Below are positions 1-7,481 of a stretch of DNA of 64,000 nucleotides, piece after piece. The notes beneath the pieces were generated by a model that saw only the letters and a list, made by a program, of their open reading frames with translations, made no database searches and was not told the DNA's origin. Each line of letters starts with the position of its first letter. Position 1 is the first letter of the stretch. The position numbers were made by a program, and so were the translations under genes. Origin of the DNA: a virus (lineage: Duplodnaviria > Caudoviricetes); IMG/VR virus record IMGVR_UViG_3300044716_000140, positions 1,338 to 65,337 of that record. One strand, given 5' to 3'.

Positions 1-213
1 ATCAGCGGCGTTAACCTCCAAGCCTCCAGCATGGAAATCAGCGGTGCAGGTTCAACTGCGCTTTTCGTTGGTGCTGCTGGTTCAGTTGGTATCGGAACTG
101 AAACTCCTTCCACTGCGCTCGACGTTGTTGGATCGGTCACTGTTTCGCAAAACATCATCGGTTCTGGAACAAGCACACTTACTGGGTTCATCCTCGGTGG
201 TGGCACGTTCTAA
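1..213 (+). CDS. C-terminal part of a virion fibre protein, truncated by the window start
   Basis: The frame is open from base 1 (ISGVNLQASSMEISG...). It contains a GSVGIGTETPSTALDVVG repeat typical of phage fibres. Probably the continuation of the ORF starting at 63399. Confidence 0.7.
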   Translation: MSGVNLQASSMEISGAGSTALFVGAAGSVGIGTETPSTALDVVGSVTVSQNIIGSGTSTLTGFILGGGTF

Positions 214-234
214 TCTGAACTAAACTAAATAACA

Positions 235-270
235 CCCTGCCGTTACAATGCGTAGCGGCAGGGTTATTTT
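235..270 (+). terminator. Rho-independent terminator
   Basis: Stem CCCTGCCGTTAC / GTAGCGGCAGGG (12 bp, one G-U) with a 5-nt loop, followed by TTATTTT, just after a stop codon. Confidence 0.75.
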
Positions 271-292
271 GGCAATCTATTTTTTAAATATT

Positions 293-949
293 ATGGCACT
301 AACAGACAACCTTCGCGCTTTTTATAAACTCTCCGACCTCACCGACTCCTCCGGCAACAACCGCACCCTCACCAATAACGGTAACGTTTCTTTTGCTTCT
401 GGTAAGCTTGGAAATGCTGCTGTGTTTGATGATTCTAATTGGTTGGAATCTCCAGCTAGTATTCCTTTTGAATCAAATGCAACTGTTTCTGTTTGGTTTA
501 AGCCAACTGTTCTCGATAATTCATATGGAACAATTGTTGGTTTTTATCCGGGTCTAAATATAGCAGCTTCTGATGCAAACACAATAAGCGTTGATGACTT
601 TACTCAGCCATTTATTAGTGGCCCTTCGTTATCTGTAGACACGTGGTATCACGCTGTGGTAAAAGTACAAAGCGGAGTGTGTTATGTTTATGTAAACAAT
701 TCTCTTGTTGCATCTGAAGCAAGTATACTACTAACAGGAAATTCATTTAGAATTGGTGGAGAAATTGGATATAATTTCAACGGACAAATCGACGCAGTTG
801 GCATCTGGAACAGAGCATTAAGTGATGCAGAAGTTGCAGAACTCTATAACAACGGAACTGGTTTGGAACTTGATGGCGTTGCTCAACCAACGCTTGTCAA
901 AATGCAAGCTCCAGTTAAATTCTTCGGAAAAGTTAAATTTGGAGTCTAA
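293..949 (+). CDS. LamG/concanavalin A-like lectin domain virion protein
   Basis: TVSVWFKP, WYHAVV and FNGQIDAVGIWNRALSDAEVAELYN are Laminin_G_3 hallmarks. ATG 293 is preferred because 248 lies inside the terminator. Confidence 0.85.
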   Translation: MALTDNLRAFYKLSDLTDSSGNNRTLTNNGNVSFASGKLGNAAVFDDSNWLESPASIPFESNATVSVWFKPTVLDNSYGTIVGFYPGLNIAASDANTISVDDFTQPFISGPSLSVDTWYHAVVKVQSGVCYVYVNNSLVASEASILLTGNSFRIGGEIGYNFNGQIDAVGIWNRALSDAEVAELYNNGTGLELDGVAQPTLVKMQAPVKFFGKVKFGV

Positions 950-955
950 AATCAA

Positions 956-1201
956 ATGCCGTCCGAAACCGAAATCCCATCACGCATCCTCCCATTGCAG
1001 AGTTTAATCCCCGGTGCTAAACCATCAACTTCTCAATGGATCGAACGCGAAATTGCGATCAACGTGACGGACGGCAAGATTTACGTTCGGGTTGACGAGG
1101 CTCCCATCCTCGTCGCCGAGCGTATGCCTACACCACCAAGCGACACAGGAACATTTGCACTTAAAGTTGTAAATGGAATTTACACTTGGGTTGAAGAATG
1201 A
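956..1201 (+). CDS. small virion-associated protein
   Basis: EIAINVTDGKIY motif resembles the N-terminal anchor modules of phage fibres. Overlaps the next gene. Confidence 0.55.
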   Translation: MPSETEIPSRILPLQSLIPGAKPSTSQWIEREIAINVTDGKIYVRVDEAPILVAERMPTPPSDTGTFALKVVNGIYTWVEE

Positions 1202-1566
1202 AATTCCTTGTTTCCATATTTGTTATCTTACTGACAAGTTGCACATCTACTCCCCCAGTAGATCAACCGCAATTCGTCGGTAAATACAAAAATGCTTGCT
1301 TGCCAGAAGCAATCGCCATGACACAAGCATTGAAACAAAGTGGGATTCAAGCAAAAGTTCTTGTAGTAAATACTCCTAAGTTTAGCCATGCGTTGTCATG
1401 CTACCTTTATCCAACAAACCAAAACAAACTTTGGGTTTGGGATTCATATTGGAAAAGCATGAACCTTCGCGCATGGTGGGATAATTCTGATTCGGTTGCA
1501 AAAGAGTGGCTGAAATGGTGCAGTGCAGAAACCAAACTTACGAGTTCTCACTTTATAGAAAACTAA
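1198..1566 (+). CDS. lipoprotein with transglutaminase/papain-like Cys-His-Asp motifs
   Basis: Signal peptide with lipobox (MKFLVSIFVILLTSC), then NACLP...HALSC...WVWDS. Confidence 0.55.
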   Translation: MKFLVSIFVILLTSCTSTPPVDQPQFVGKYKNACLPEAIAMTQALKQSGIQAKVLVVNTPKFSHALSCYLYPTNQNKLWVWDSYWKSMNLRAWWDNSDSVAKEWLKWCSAETKLTSSHFIEN

Positions 1567-1570
1567 TTTT

Positions 1571-1792
1571 ATGATGGAGCAAGATGACATTCAGCGAACG
1601 CTCGGAATACTTTCCGGTAAACTTGATCTTGTGTTAGAAAATCAAAAAGACTTTGGCAGTAAATTTGCAGATTTTGAAAAACGCTTGCGTTCATTAGAAT
1701 CTCATCGCGGCTACGCATTTGGTATCATTGCAGCAGCAGCATTTATCTGGACAGTGTTTTTTGAATTTGTCAAAAACAAAATTACCAATTGA
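1571..1792 (+). CDS. coiled-coil protein with C-terminal TM helix (lysis cassette, holin/antiholin-like)
   Basis: Heptad N-terminal region followed by hydrophobic AFGIIAAAAFIWTVFF. Lies upstream of the endolysin. Confidence 0.55.
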   Translation: MMEQDDIQRTLGILSGKLDLVLENQKDFGSKFADFEKRLRSLESHRGYAFGIIAAAAFIWTVFFEFVKNKITN

Positions 1793-1986
1793 AATTTTTC
1801 TTGATTATTTTAATTTCCGCTTGCATGATTGGTTGTGTTAGTATATTAATTCCACCAACTGGAAAAAATGCAGGTGATTTAGGAAAAATACAAATTTCTT
1901 TGCAAGTCAAATATTTCCCAGTAGAACAGAAAATAGATTGGTTTAATCCAATCATTCCAGAACACAAAATATACAAAGACAAATGA
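1789..1986 (+). CDS. small putative lipoprotein (possibly spanin-like)
   Basis: TTG start, hydrophobic signal ending MIGC. Overlaps both neighbours by 4 nt. Confidence 0.45.
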   Translation: MKFFLIILISACMIGCVSILIPPTGKNAGDLGKIQISLQVKYFPVEQKIDWFNPIIPEHKIYKDK

Positions 1987-2159
1987 AAATACTTGATTAC
2001 ATACTTACTCGTTTATCTGAAACATCCACTTGGCGCGGTGTAGCTATGATTGTTGCTGCATCTGGATTGGCTATTGAACCAAACCAATTCAATGCAATTG
2101 CAGCGGCAGGAATTGCTGTTGCAGGAGCAATCAATGTGTTTCGTCAAGAGAAAAAATAA
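1983..2159 (+). CDS. putative holin, 58 aa (absent from the ORF track)
   Basis: MKILDYILTRLSETSTWRGVAMIVAASGLAIEPNQFNAIAAAGIAVAGAINVFRQEKK: two hydrophobic segments and a basic tail, directly before the endolysin. Confidence 0.7.
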   Translation: MKILDYILTRLSETSTWRGVAMIVAASGLAIEPNQFNAIAAAGIAVAGAINVFRQEKK

Positions 2160-2161
2160 TC

Positions 2162-3616
2162 ATGCTTCACAAACTTATCGCCATCGCTTCTGCTGAAGTT
2201 GGCGTGAGGGAAGAAGGCGGAAATAATCGTGGAGAACGAATCCGCGAGTATCAATCCGCAACAGATTTAAACCCCGGAGCTTGGCCATGGTGTTTTGATG
2301 AATCGGTTGAAACACTAACAATATCTGGTTGGAAAAAATTATCAGCTATTGATAAAAAAGATATTGTCGCTCAAGTTGATTCTGATACCAGAAGCGTTTC
2401 TTTTGTTAATCCAATAGAAACAATTCATGTTAATAAAAAAATTCCAATAGCGACAATTAAAACTCGATCCTTGAGTTTCAAATGTGATGCAAATCATAAA
2501 TTTTGGGGGCATTGGAATACTTCAAAATTCAATCGCCATCCAGAACTTCGACCAATATCTGATTTGACATCATCCCTTGCTGTTCCAAGCGTAAAAAATA
2601 AAAATTCAGATAATGAAAAATTTTCTTTTCAAGATTTAGATTTTCTTGCAGCTTTTATTGCTGATGGATATTTTTCACGAAAAGAAAGGCAGCATCCTAA
2701 AATAAGGATTCAAGTAAGCAAGGAAAGAAAAATCCAAGAGCTTAAAAAATTTAAAGGCCAAGAACACAAAAGTTCAAAAATATACGGATCAAGTAAATTT
2801 CCTTTGACAACATTTGAATTTACTATTCCAGATTATTTTGATTCCGTTTTTTCTGACTATAAAGAAATACGATGGGATTGGGCGTTAAGTTTATCTGCAA
2901 AACAATCTGAATATTTTATAGATAGATATGTTTTTTGGGATGGCACAATAAGCACAAAGGTTATTTCAACTTCCAGAAAACAAAATTTAGATGTTTTTTC
3001 GGCTATGTCTATACTATGCGGCAAGCACCCTAATGTTAGACAACGAAAATTTGAAAATAAAAAAACTTGTTACGAAATTACAACAAAAAATAAAAATACA
3101 AGGACTTTTAAAAAAGAACACATTTCAATAAAAGAAGAAGAAATTGACTTGTATTGCATCAAAGTTCCAAGTGGAATTATTATCTGTAGAGATTCAAGCG
3201 GAACTCCATTTGTAACTGGTAATTGCGCAGGATATGTGGATTGGTGTATTCGTGAATGGTTGGCTATTCCACAAGTTGTAATCTGGCTTAATTTGCAACG
3301 GAGATCGCCAGAAGAATGGCGACCAAAGACAGCACTTGCGTATGGACTAAAATCTTGGGCATTACAGCGTCCAAGCACCACTAAAGTATATAATGAAACG
3401 CACAAGGCGCAGCTTGGTGACATCGTAACATTTGATTTCTCTCATGTTGGATTTGTTGTTGAAGATACAGGTAAGGAAATTATTACACTTGAAGGGAATA
3501 CAAATGGTAAAGGCGAAAGAGATTCAACAAGCGGAGACGGAGTTTGGAAAAAAATTAGAAAAAAAAGCCTTGTAAAAGATTTGATTCGCATTCATCCAAG
3601 TATCGCATCGATATAA
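2162..3616 (+). CDS. CHAP-domain endolysin interrupted by an intein (173 aa after splicing)
   Basis: The spliced product reads EVGVREEGGNNRG...PWCAGYVDWC...GDIVTFDFSHVGFV...TLEGNT, the CHAP Cys/His/EGN signature. Confidence 0.9.
   Translation: MLHKLIAIASAEVGVREEGGNNRGERIREYQSATDLNPGAWPWCFDESVETLTISGWKKLSAIDKKDIVAQVDSDTRSVSFVNPIETIHVNKKIPIATIKTRSLSFKCDANHKFWGHWNTSKFNRHPELRPISDLTSSLAVPSVKNKNSDNEKFSFQDLDFLAAFIADGYFSRKERQHPKIRIQVSKERKIQELKKFKGQEHKSSKIYGSSKFPLTTFEFTIPDYFDSVFSDYKEIRWDWALSLSAKQSEYFIDRYVFWDGTISTKVISTSRKQNLDVFSAMSILCGKHPNVRQRKFENKKTCYEITTKNKNTRTFKKEHISIKEEEIDLYCIKVPSGIIICRDSSGTPFVTGNCAGYVDWCIREWLAIPQVVIWLNLQRRSPEEWRPKTALAYGLKSWALQRPSTTKVYNETHKAQLGDIVTFDFSHVGFVVEDTGKEIITLEGNTNGKGERDSTSGDGVWKKIRKKSLVKDLIRIHPSIASI
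2291..3223 (+). mobile_element. intein (311 aa) with LAGLIDADG homing endonuclease, in the endolysin
   Basis: Block A CFDESVETLTISGW; block B CDANHKF; LAGLIDADG-like FLAAFIADG and YVFWDG; block F/G LYCIKVPSG...FVTGN|C. More AT-rich than the exteins. Confidence 0.92.
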
Positions 3617-3622
3617 ATAAAT

Positions 3623-4387
3623 ATGGCTAATATTGCACACAAATGGAAAAAAGTGTTAGCAGTTTCGTGCACACACGCTCGTTATTGTGATTCCGAAGCG
3701 TGGAAAGCAGTAATGTCATTTAAGGAAAAATACAAACCAGACACAATACTTCATCTTGGTGACTTTATTGATATGTCTGCGCTAATGGGAAATGGCGCAG
3801 GGTCTGGTAATGATGGAGATGAAATAACTCCAGATATTGATACTGGATTAACTCATTTGCGACAACTAATGGCAGGATGCAAAGACCCATATATCCTTTG
3901 TGGCAACCATGAAGATCGAGCGTGGAAGCTAACAAATAGTAAAAATGCCGTTACATCATATTGCGCCCACAAAATTATTTCTGCAATTGAAGATACATCA
4001 AAAAAACTTAAAGCAAGGTTGATTCCGTATTCTGGAATTGAACAAATTGTTGATATAGCAGACATGGGATTTACTCATGGAACTTGTTATGGAGAATCTG
4101 CGGCAAGAGACATGGCAGAGCAATATTGTGATAGAAGCAGGCGCAAAATAATTATGGGGCATACTCATCGTGTAGCCATTCAAAATGCCAGAACATATCA
4201 TGGTGGAACTTGCTATAATATTGGAACTCTTACTGCTCGCGGAGCATTAGAGTATGCTAAAAATCGCAGAAGCACATTCAGTTGGTGTCAAGGATGGTTG
4301 TGGGGCGAGTATTGCGAGTCATTGCATCAATCATCGCTTCAAATCACGCAACGAGCAAAAGGAGATGTGTGGAGACTTCCAATATGA
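3623..4387 (+). CDS. calcineurin-like metallophosphoesterase
   Basis: GDFID, GNHE, THG and GHTH motifs. The first DxH motif is CTH. Confidence 0.85.
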   Translation: MANIAHKWKKVLAVSCTHARYCDSEAWKAVMSFKEKYKPDTILHLGDFIDMSALMGNGAGSGNDGDEITPDIDTGLTHLRQLMAGCKDPYILCGNHEDRAWKLTNSKNAVTSYCAHKIISAIEDTSKKLKARLIPYSGIEQIVDIADMGFTHGTCYGESAARDMAEQYCDRSRRKIIMGHTHRVAIQNARTYHGGTCYNIGTLTARGALEYAKNRRSTFSWCQGWLWGEYCESLHQSSLQITQRAKGDVWRLPI

Positions 4388-4644
4388 CTCCAAACGATTT
4401 CCTAAAAATAATCCAAGATAGTATCTATAAACGATACGAGCCAGTTCCTAAAGGGTGGTATTCAATTGTCGAGCTATGTAAAATATGGAATTTAAATTCA
4501 AGTCATGCTTCTCGAAAAGTTAGAATGGGAATTGAACTTGGAATAGTTGAAAAGAAAGATTACTTTTTACAAAAAAGTAATGGAGTAAGAAAAGTTCCAC
4601 ATTATTTTTTCCATGACGAAAAAAAGCGTAAAAGCAAGAATTAA
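4384..4644 (+). CDS. hypothetical protein, possible winged HTH
   Basis: ATG overlaps the upstream stop; PKGWYSIVELCKIWNL...VPHY. Confidence 0.55.
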   Translation: MTPNDFLKIIQDSIYKRYEPVPKGWYSIVELCKIWNLNSSHASRKVRMGIELGIVEKKDYFLQKSNGVRKVPHYFFHDEKKRKSKN

Positions 4645-4909
4645 TGGTCAATTGTGGACTATTAAGTTTGGACATCCCGGCAAGACTGACGGGGTGACTG
4701 ACGATGGTTGCTGCGACTACGAAAAACGCTTGATTACAATCAATCCCAACTCGCAAAGCAACCTTCTAAATGTTTTATCGCACGAACTAATTCACGCAAG
4801 GTTGTCAGATTTACAAGAAGAAACAGTAGAAGAACTCGGAACGCTTATTGACGAAGTTTATTGGCAAGTGCTAAAACTTTCTTTTGACAAAACAAAAACA
4901 ACAAAGTAG
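4613..4909 (+). CDS. small zincin-like (HEXXH) metalloprotease
   Basis: GCCDYEKRLITIN...VLSHELIHA...EETVE. Confidence 0.7.
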   Translation: MTKKSVKARINGQLWTIKFGHPGKTDGVTDDGCCDYEKRLITINPNSQSNLLNVLSHELIHARLSDLQEETVEELGTLIDEVYWQVLKLSFDKTKTTK

Positions 4910-4912
4910 AAA
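4884..4912 (+). promoter_or_regulatory. candidate sigma70-like promoter for the tail operon
   Basis: TTGACA-17 bp-TAGAAA just before ATG 4922. The -10 is imperfect. Confidence 0.4.
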
Positions 4913-4921
4913 ACACAAATT

Positions 4922-5668
4922 ATGTCTTGCGGATGCAATAATTCAACTTATTCCAGCACTTGTTGCCCAGAGGTTCCATATCCTCAAATCTCATCTGAAT
5001 CAATTCCATCACTGATCAGCAACCTTGTTTACGCTCTTTATGGAACAATAAACAAATCCGTTGTAAATGGACGAGTTGTTTGGGACATTCCATGTGATCC
5101 AAATAATACCGCACAAGTAGATCAAATTCCACGGGAAGAAGGCGAGGGACTGTTGTGTTACCTTTTGAGATTGTTTGCTCAATCGCTTGATGGATATGGT
5201 CAATTTTTACGCTGGGGATTTACTGGTTCTGGTCAATCTGCGTTTACTTTGACTGGAGCTTACCAACCAGATCGGAATGCTTATTTGGCATATATCGATG
5301 GCGTTGTTCAAGACCCGATTAATTATACAATTTCTACTTCATTACCGCGAGTCTTAACATTTAGTGCGCCCATTCCAAGTGGGTCATTTCTAACTATTGT
5401 TGAACTTTCCAGCAGGGCTGGAGCAACTGGTGCTACAGGGCCATCGGGAGGACCGAATGGCGCAACTGGCGCAACAGGATTGACAGGTGCTACTGGTGCA
5501 ATGCCCATGGGCGGAGGAACCGATAAAATATTTTATGAAAATGATATTGTAATGACTGCAAATTACACTATTACTTCTGGTAAGAACGCAATGTCAGCAG
5601 GCCCAATCACAGTAAACCCCGGAGTTATTTTGACAATACCATCAGGCAGCACCTATACAATCGTATGA
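4922..5668 (+). CDS. virion protein with Cys-rich N-terminus and short collagen-like repeat
   Basis: MSCGCNNSTYSSTCCP; GATGATG repeats; C-terminal NYTITSGKNAMSAGPITV module common in phage fibres. Confidence 0.7.
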   Translation: MSCGCNNSTYSSTCCPEVPYPQISSESIPSLISNLVYALYGTINKSVVNGRVVWDIPCDPNNTAQVDQIPREEGEGLLCYLLRLFAQSLDGYGQFLRWGFTGSGQSAFTLTGAYQPDRNAYLAYIDGVVQDPINYTISTSLPRVLTFSAPIPSGSFLTIVELSSRAGATGATGPSGGPNGATGATGLTGATGAMPMGGGTDKIFYENDIVMTANYTITSGKNAMSAGPITVNPGVILTIPSGSTYTIV

Positions 5669-7281
5669 GTCTAATCAAAGCAAACGCAGTCCAAGTAGGA
5701 CAATCGCCAACAGCAACGCAGAACTTCACTCTGGCAGTGCCATCGTCACCAGACGGAACGATTAAGTTGGCAAGGGGAAATGCAGGCGCAACTACGCAGG
5801 ATGTGTTGAGTGTAGATGCAAGTGGGAATATCAATGGTCTTGTTAAATCAACTGGAAGCAACACTGCAAGGACGCTTGCTAATCGGTTTGCTGATGTAAT
5901 TAATTTGAAAGATTTTGGAGCATCAATAAATGATGCGTCAATTACTGCGGCTATAGCTTATGCCATTTCGCAAAACAAAGTAATAGGAGTTGATGAATCA
6001 ATTACTGTTAAAATTCCAACATCAGCAGCAACATTGCAAATTGCCATTGATAGGTTAACTCCACTAACAAAACAAACAATAATTACACTTCAGATTCAAT
6101 CTGGTCATTTATTAACTGCTGGATTATCTTTAGAAAATAAAGATTTTTCGCAATTTATCATAACTTCAGTAGATGCGGAAGTTTCAGTCACATTTAATGG
6201 TGATGTTCTTTATGGGAAAAATTCAAAAATGCCAGTTCTTTCTTGTTTAATAAATGCAAATACTCAAACAAGTGGGAATGGAGTTAGATTAGAAGGAAGT
6301 GAAATGTTTATTTCTCCATCTTGTGGAGTAAAAAATTGTTGGGGAGATGGTTTGAGTGCGTTATATGGTTCAGTTGTATCAGCTAACAATACAATTTGGT
6401 CAGGGTCTGCTCGTAATGGGACAACATCATCTTGTATAACATCGTGGGCAAGCAGGATTAGTGCTGAAAATGCTAACTGTGAAAATTCTGGATATTATGG
6501 AGCGCAAGCGGCTCATGGTGGAGTTCTTTCATTTAGAAATGGAAATGCAAGTGGAGCTTATCGACATGGAATTAGAGCAACAGATGCGGCTATTGTAGAT
6601 GCGGATAATGCGATTGCAAATAATTGTGGTGCAGACTTGAGTGGGCTTAATGTTAATGCTTATGAAGGTGGTATTGTTAATTTTGTAAATGGAACAGCAA
6701 ATGGTAATTTAGCAACCTCTTCAGACTCCGCAGCTTTATTTGCATTTGGTGCTGGATCAGCTATAAATGCAAGAGGGGCAACATCTACTGGAAATGCAAG
6801 ATGTGGCGCACACGCAATTGGAGGTGGAATTATTAGATTGACTCCTGCAAATATTTCTGGAACAATTCTAAATATAGAAGAAACAGATGGAGTTATATCG
6901 AGAGAACTTACAACATCAAGTCAATTATATCCATTAAATGGACTTTATATTCCAACAATAACAAATGTAACAAATGTTTCATCATCAACATCCAGTGAAT
7001 CACAATGGATGAGGGTTGGAAGGGTTGTTACAGTTTCTGGCAATGTTGCAATAATTCCAACTTCAACTGGAAATACAGAAATTCAAGTTTCATTACCAAT
7101 TCCAAGTAGTTTTACTTCAATACGGCAATGCGCGGGAGTTGCAGTTCCGTTAGCATATAATACAAGTGGATATTGTTCTATAAATGGAGATACAACAAAT
7201 TATAGGGCCGTTTTTAGAATGGTTTCATCTAATGGAACCTCTGTTGTTTTAAGTTATACATTTACATATTACATAAGATGA
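5665..7281 (+). CDS. tailspike/fibre with right-handed beta-helix
   Basis: ARTLANRFADVINLKDFGA neck motif, then Gly/Ala/Asn-rich beta-helix repeats. Confidence 0.8.
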   Translation: MSLIKANAVQVGQSPTATQNFTLAVPSSPDGTIKLARGNAGATTQDVLSVDASGNINGLVKSTGSNTARTLANRFADVINLKDFGASINDASITAAIAYAISQNKVIGVDESITVKIPTSAATLQIAIDRLTPLTKQTIITLQIQSGHLLTAGLSLENKDFSQFIITSVDAEVSVTFNGDVLYGKNSKMPVLSCLINANTQTSGNGVRLEGSEMFISPSCGVKNCWGDGLSALYGSVVSANNTIWSGSARNGTTSSCITSWASRISAENANCENSGYYGAQAAHGGVLSFRNGNASGAYRHGIRATDAAIVDADNAIANNCGADLSGLNVNAYEGGIVNFVNGTANGNLATSSDSAALFAFGAGSAINARGATSTGNARCGAHAIGGGIIRLTPANISGTILNIEETDGVISRELTTSSQLYPLNGLYIPTITNVTNVSSSTSSESQWMRVGRVVTVSGNVAIIPTSTGNTEIQVSLPIPSSFTSIRQCAGVAVPLAYNTSGYCSINGDTTNYRAVFRMVSSNGTSVVLSYTFTYYIR

Positions 7282-7481
7282 ACATAGAAAGCATAACATT
7301 TGATTCATTTAACAATGAAATTGTTGTAATGGATGAAAACGGAATAAACAAAAAATATAAAAATTCAAATGAATATTTATTTGATTTTCCAAAAAGAGAA
7401 TCAGATTGTATCGCTATGAACTGGCCATCCGACTTTCCAAGCAAGCATGACAAAACCGAAGATTACGAAAAACAAACATGA
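7278..7481 (+). CDS. hypothetical protein
   Basis: Coupled by ATGA overlaps at both ends. Confidence 0.55.
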   Translation: MNIESITFDSFNNEIVVMDENGINKKYKNSNEYLFDFPKRESDCIAMNWPSDFPSKHDKTEDYEKQT

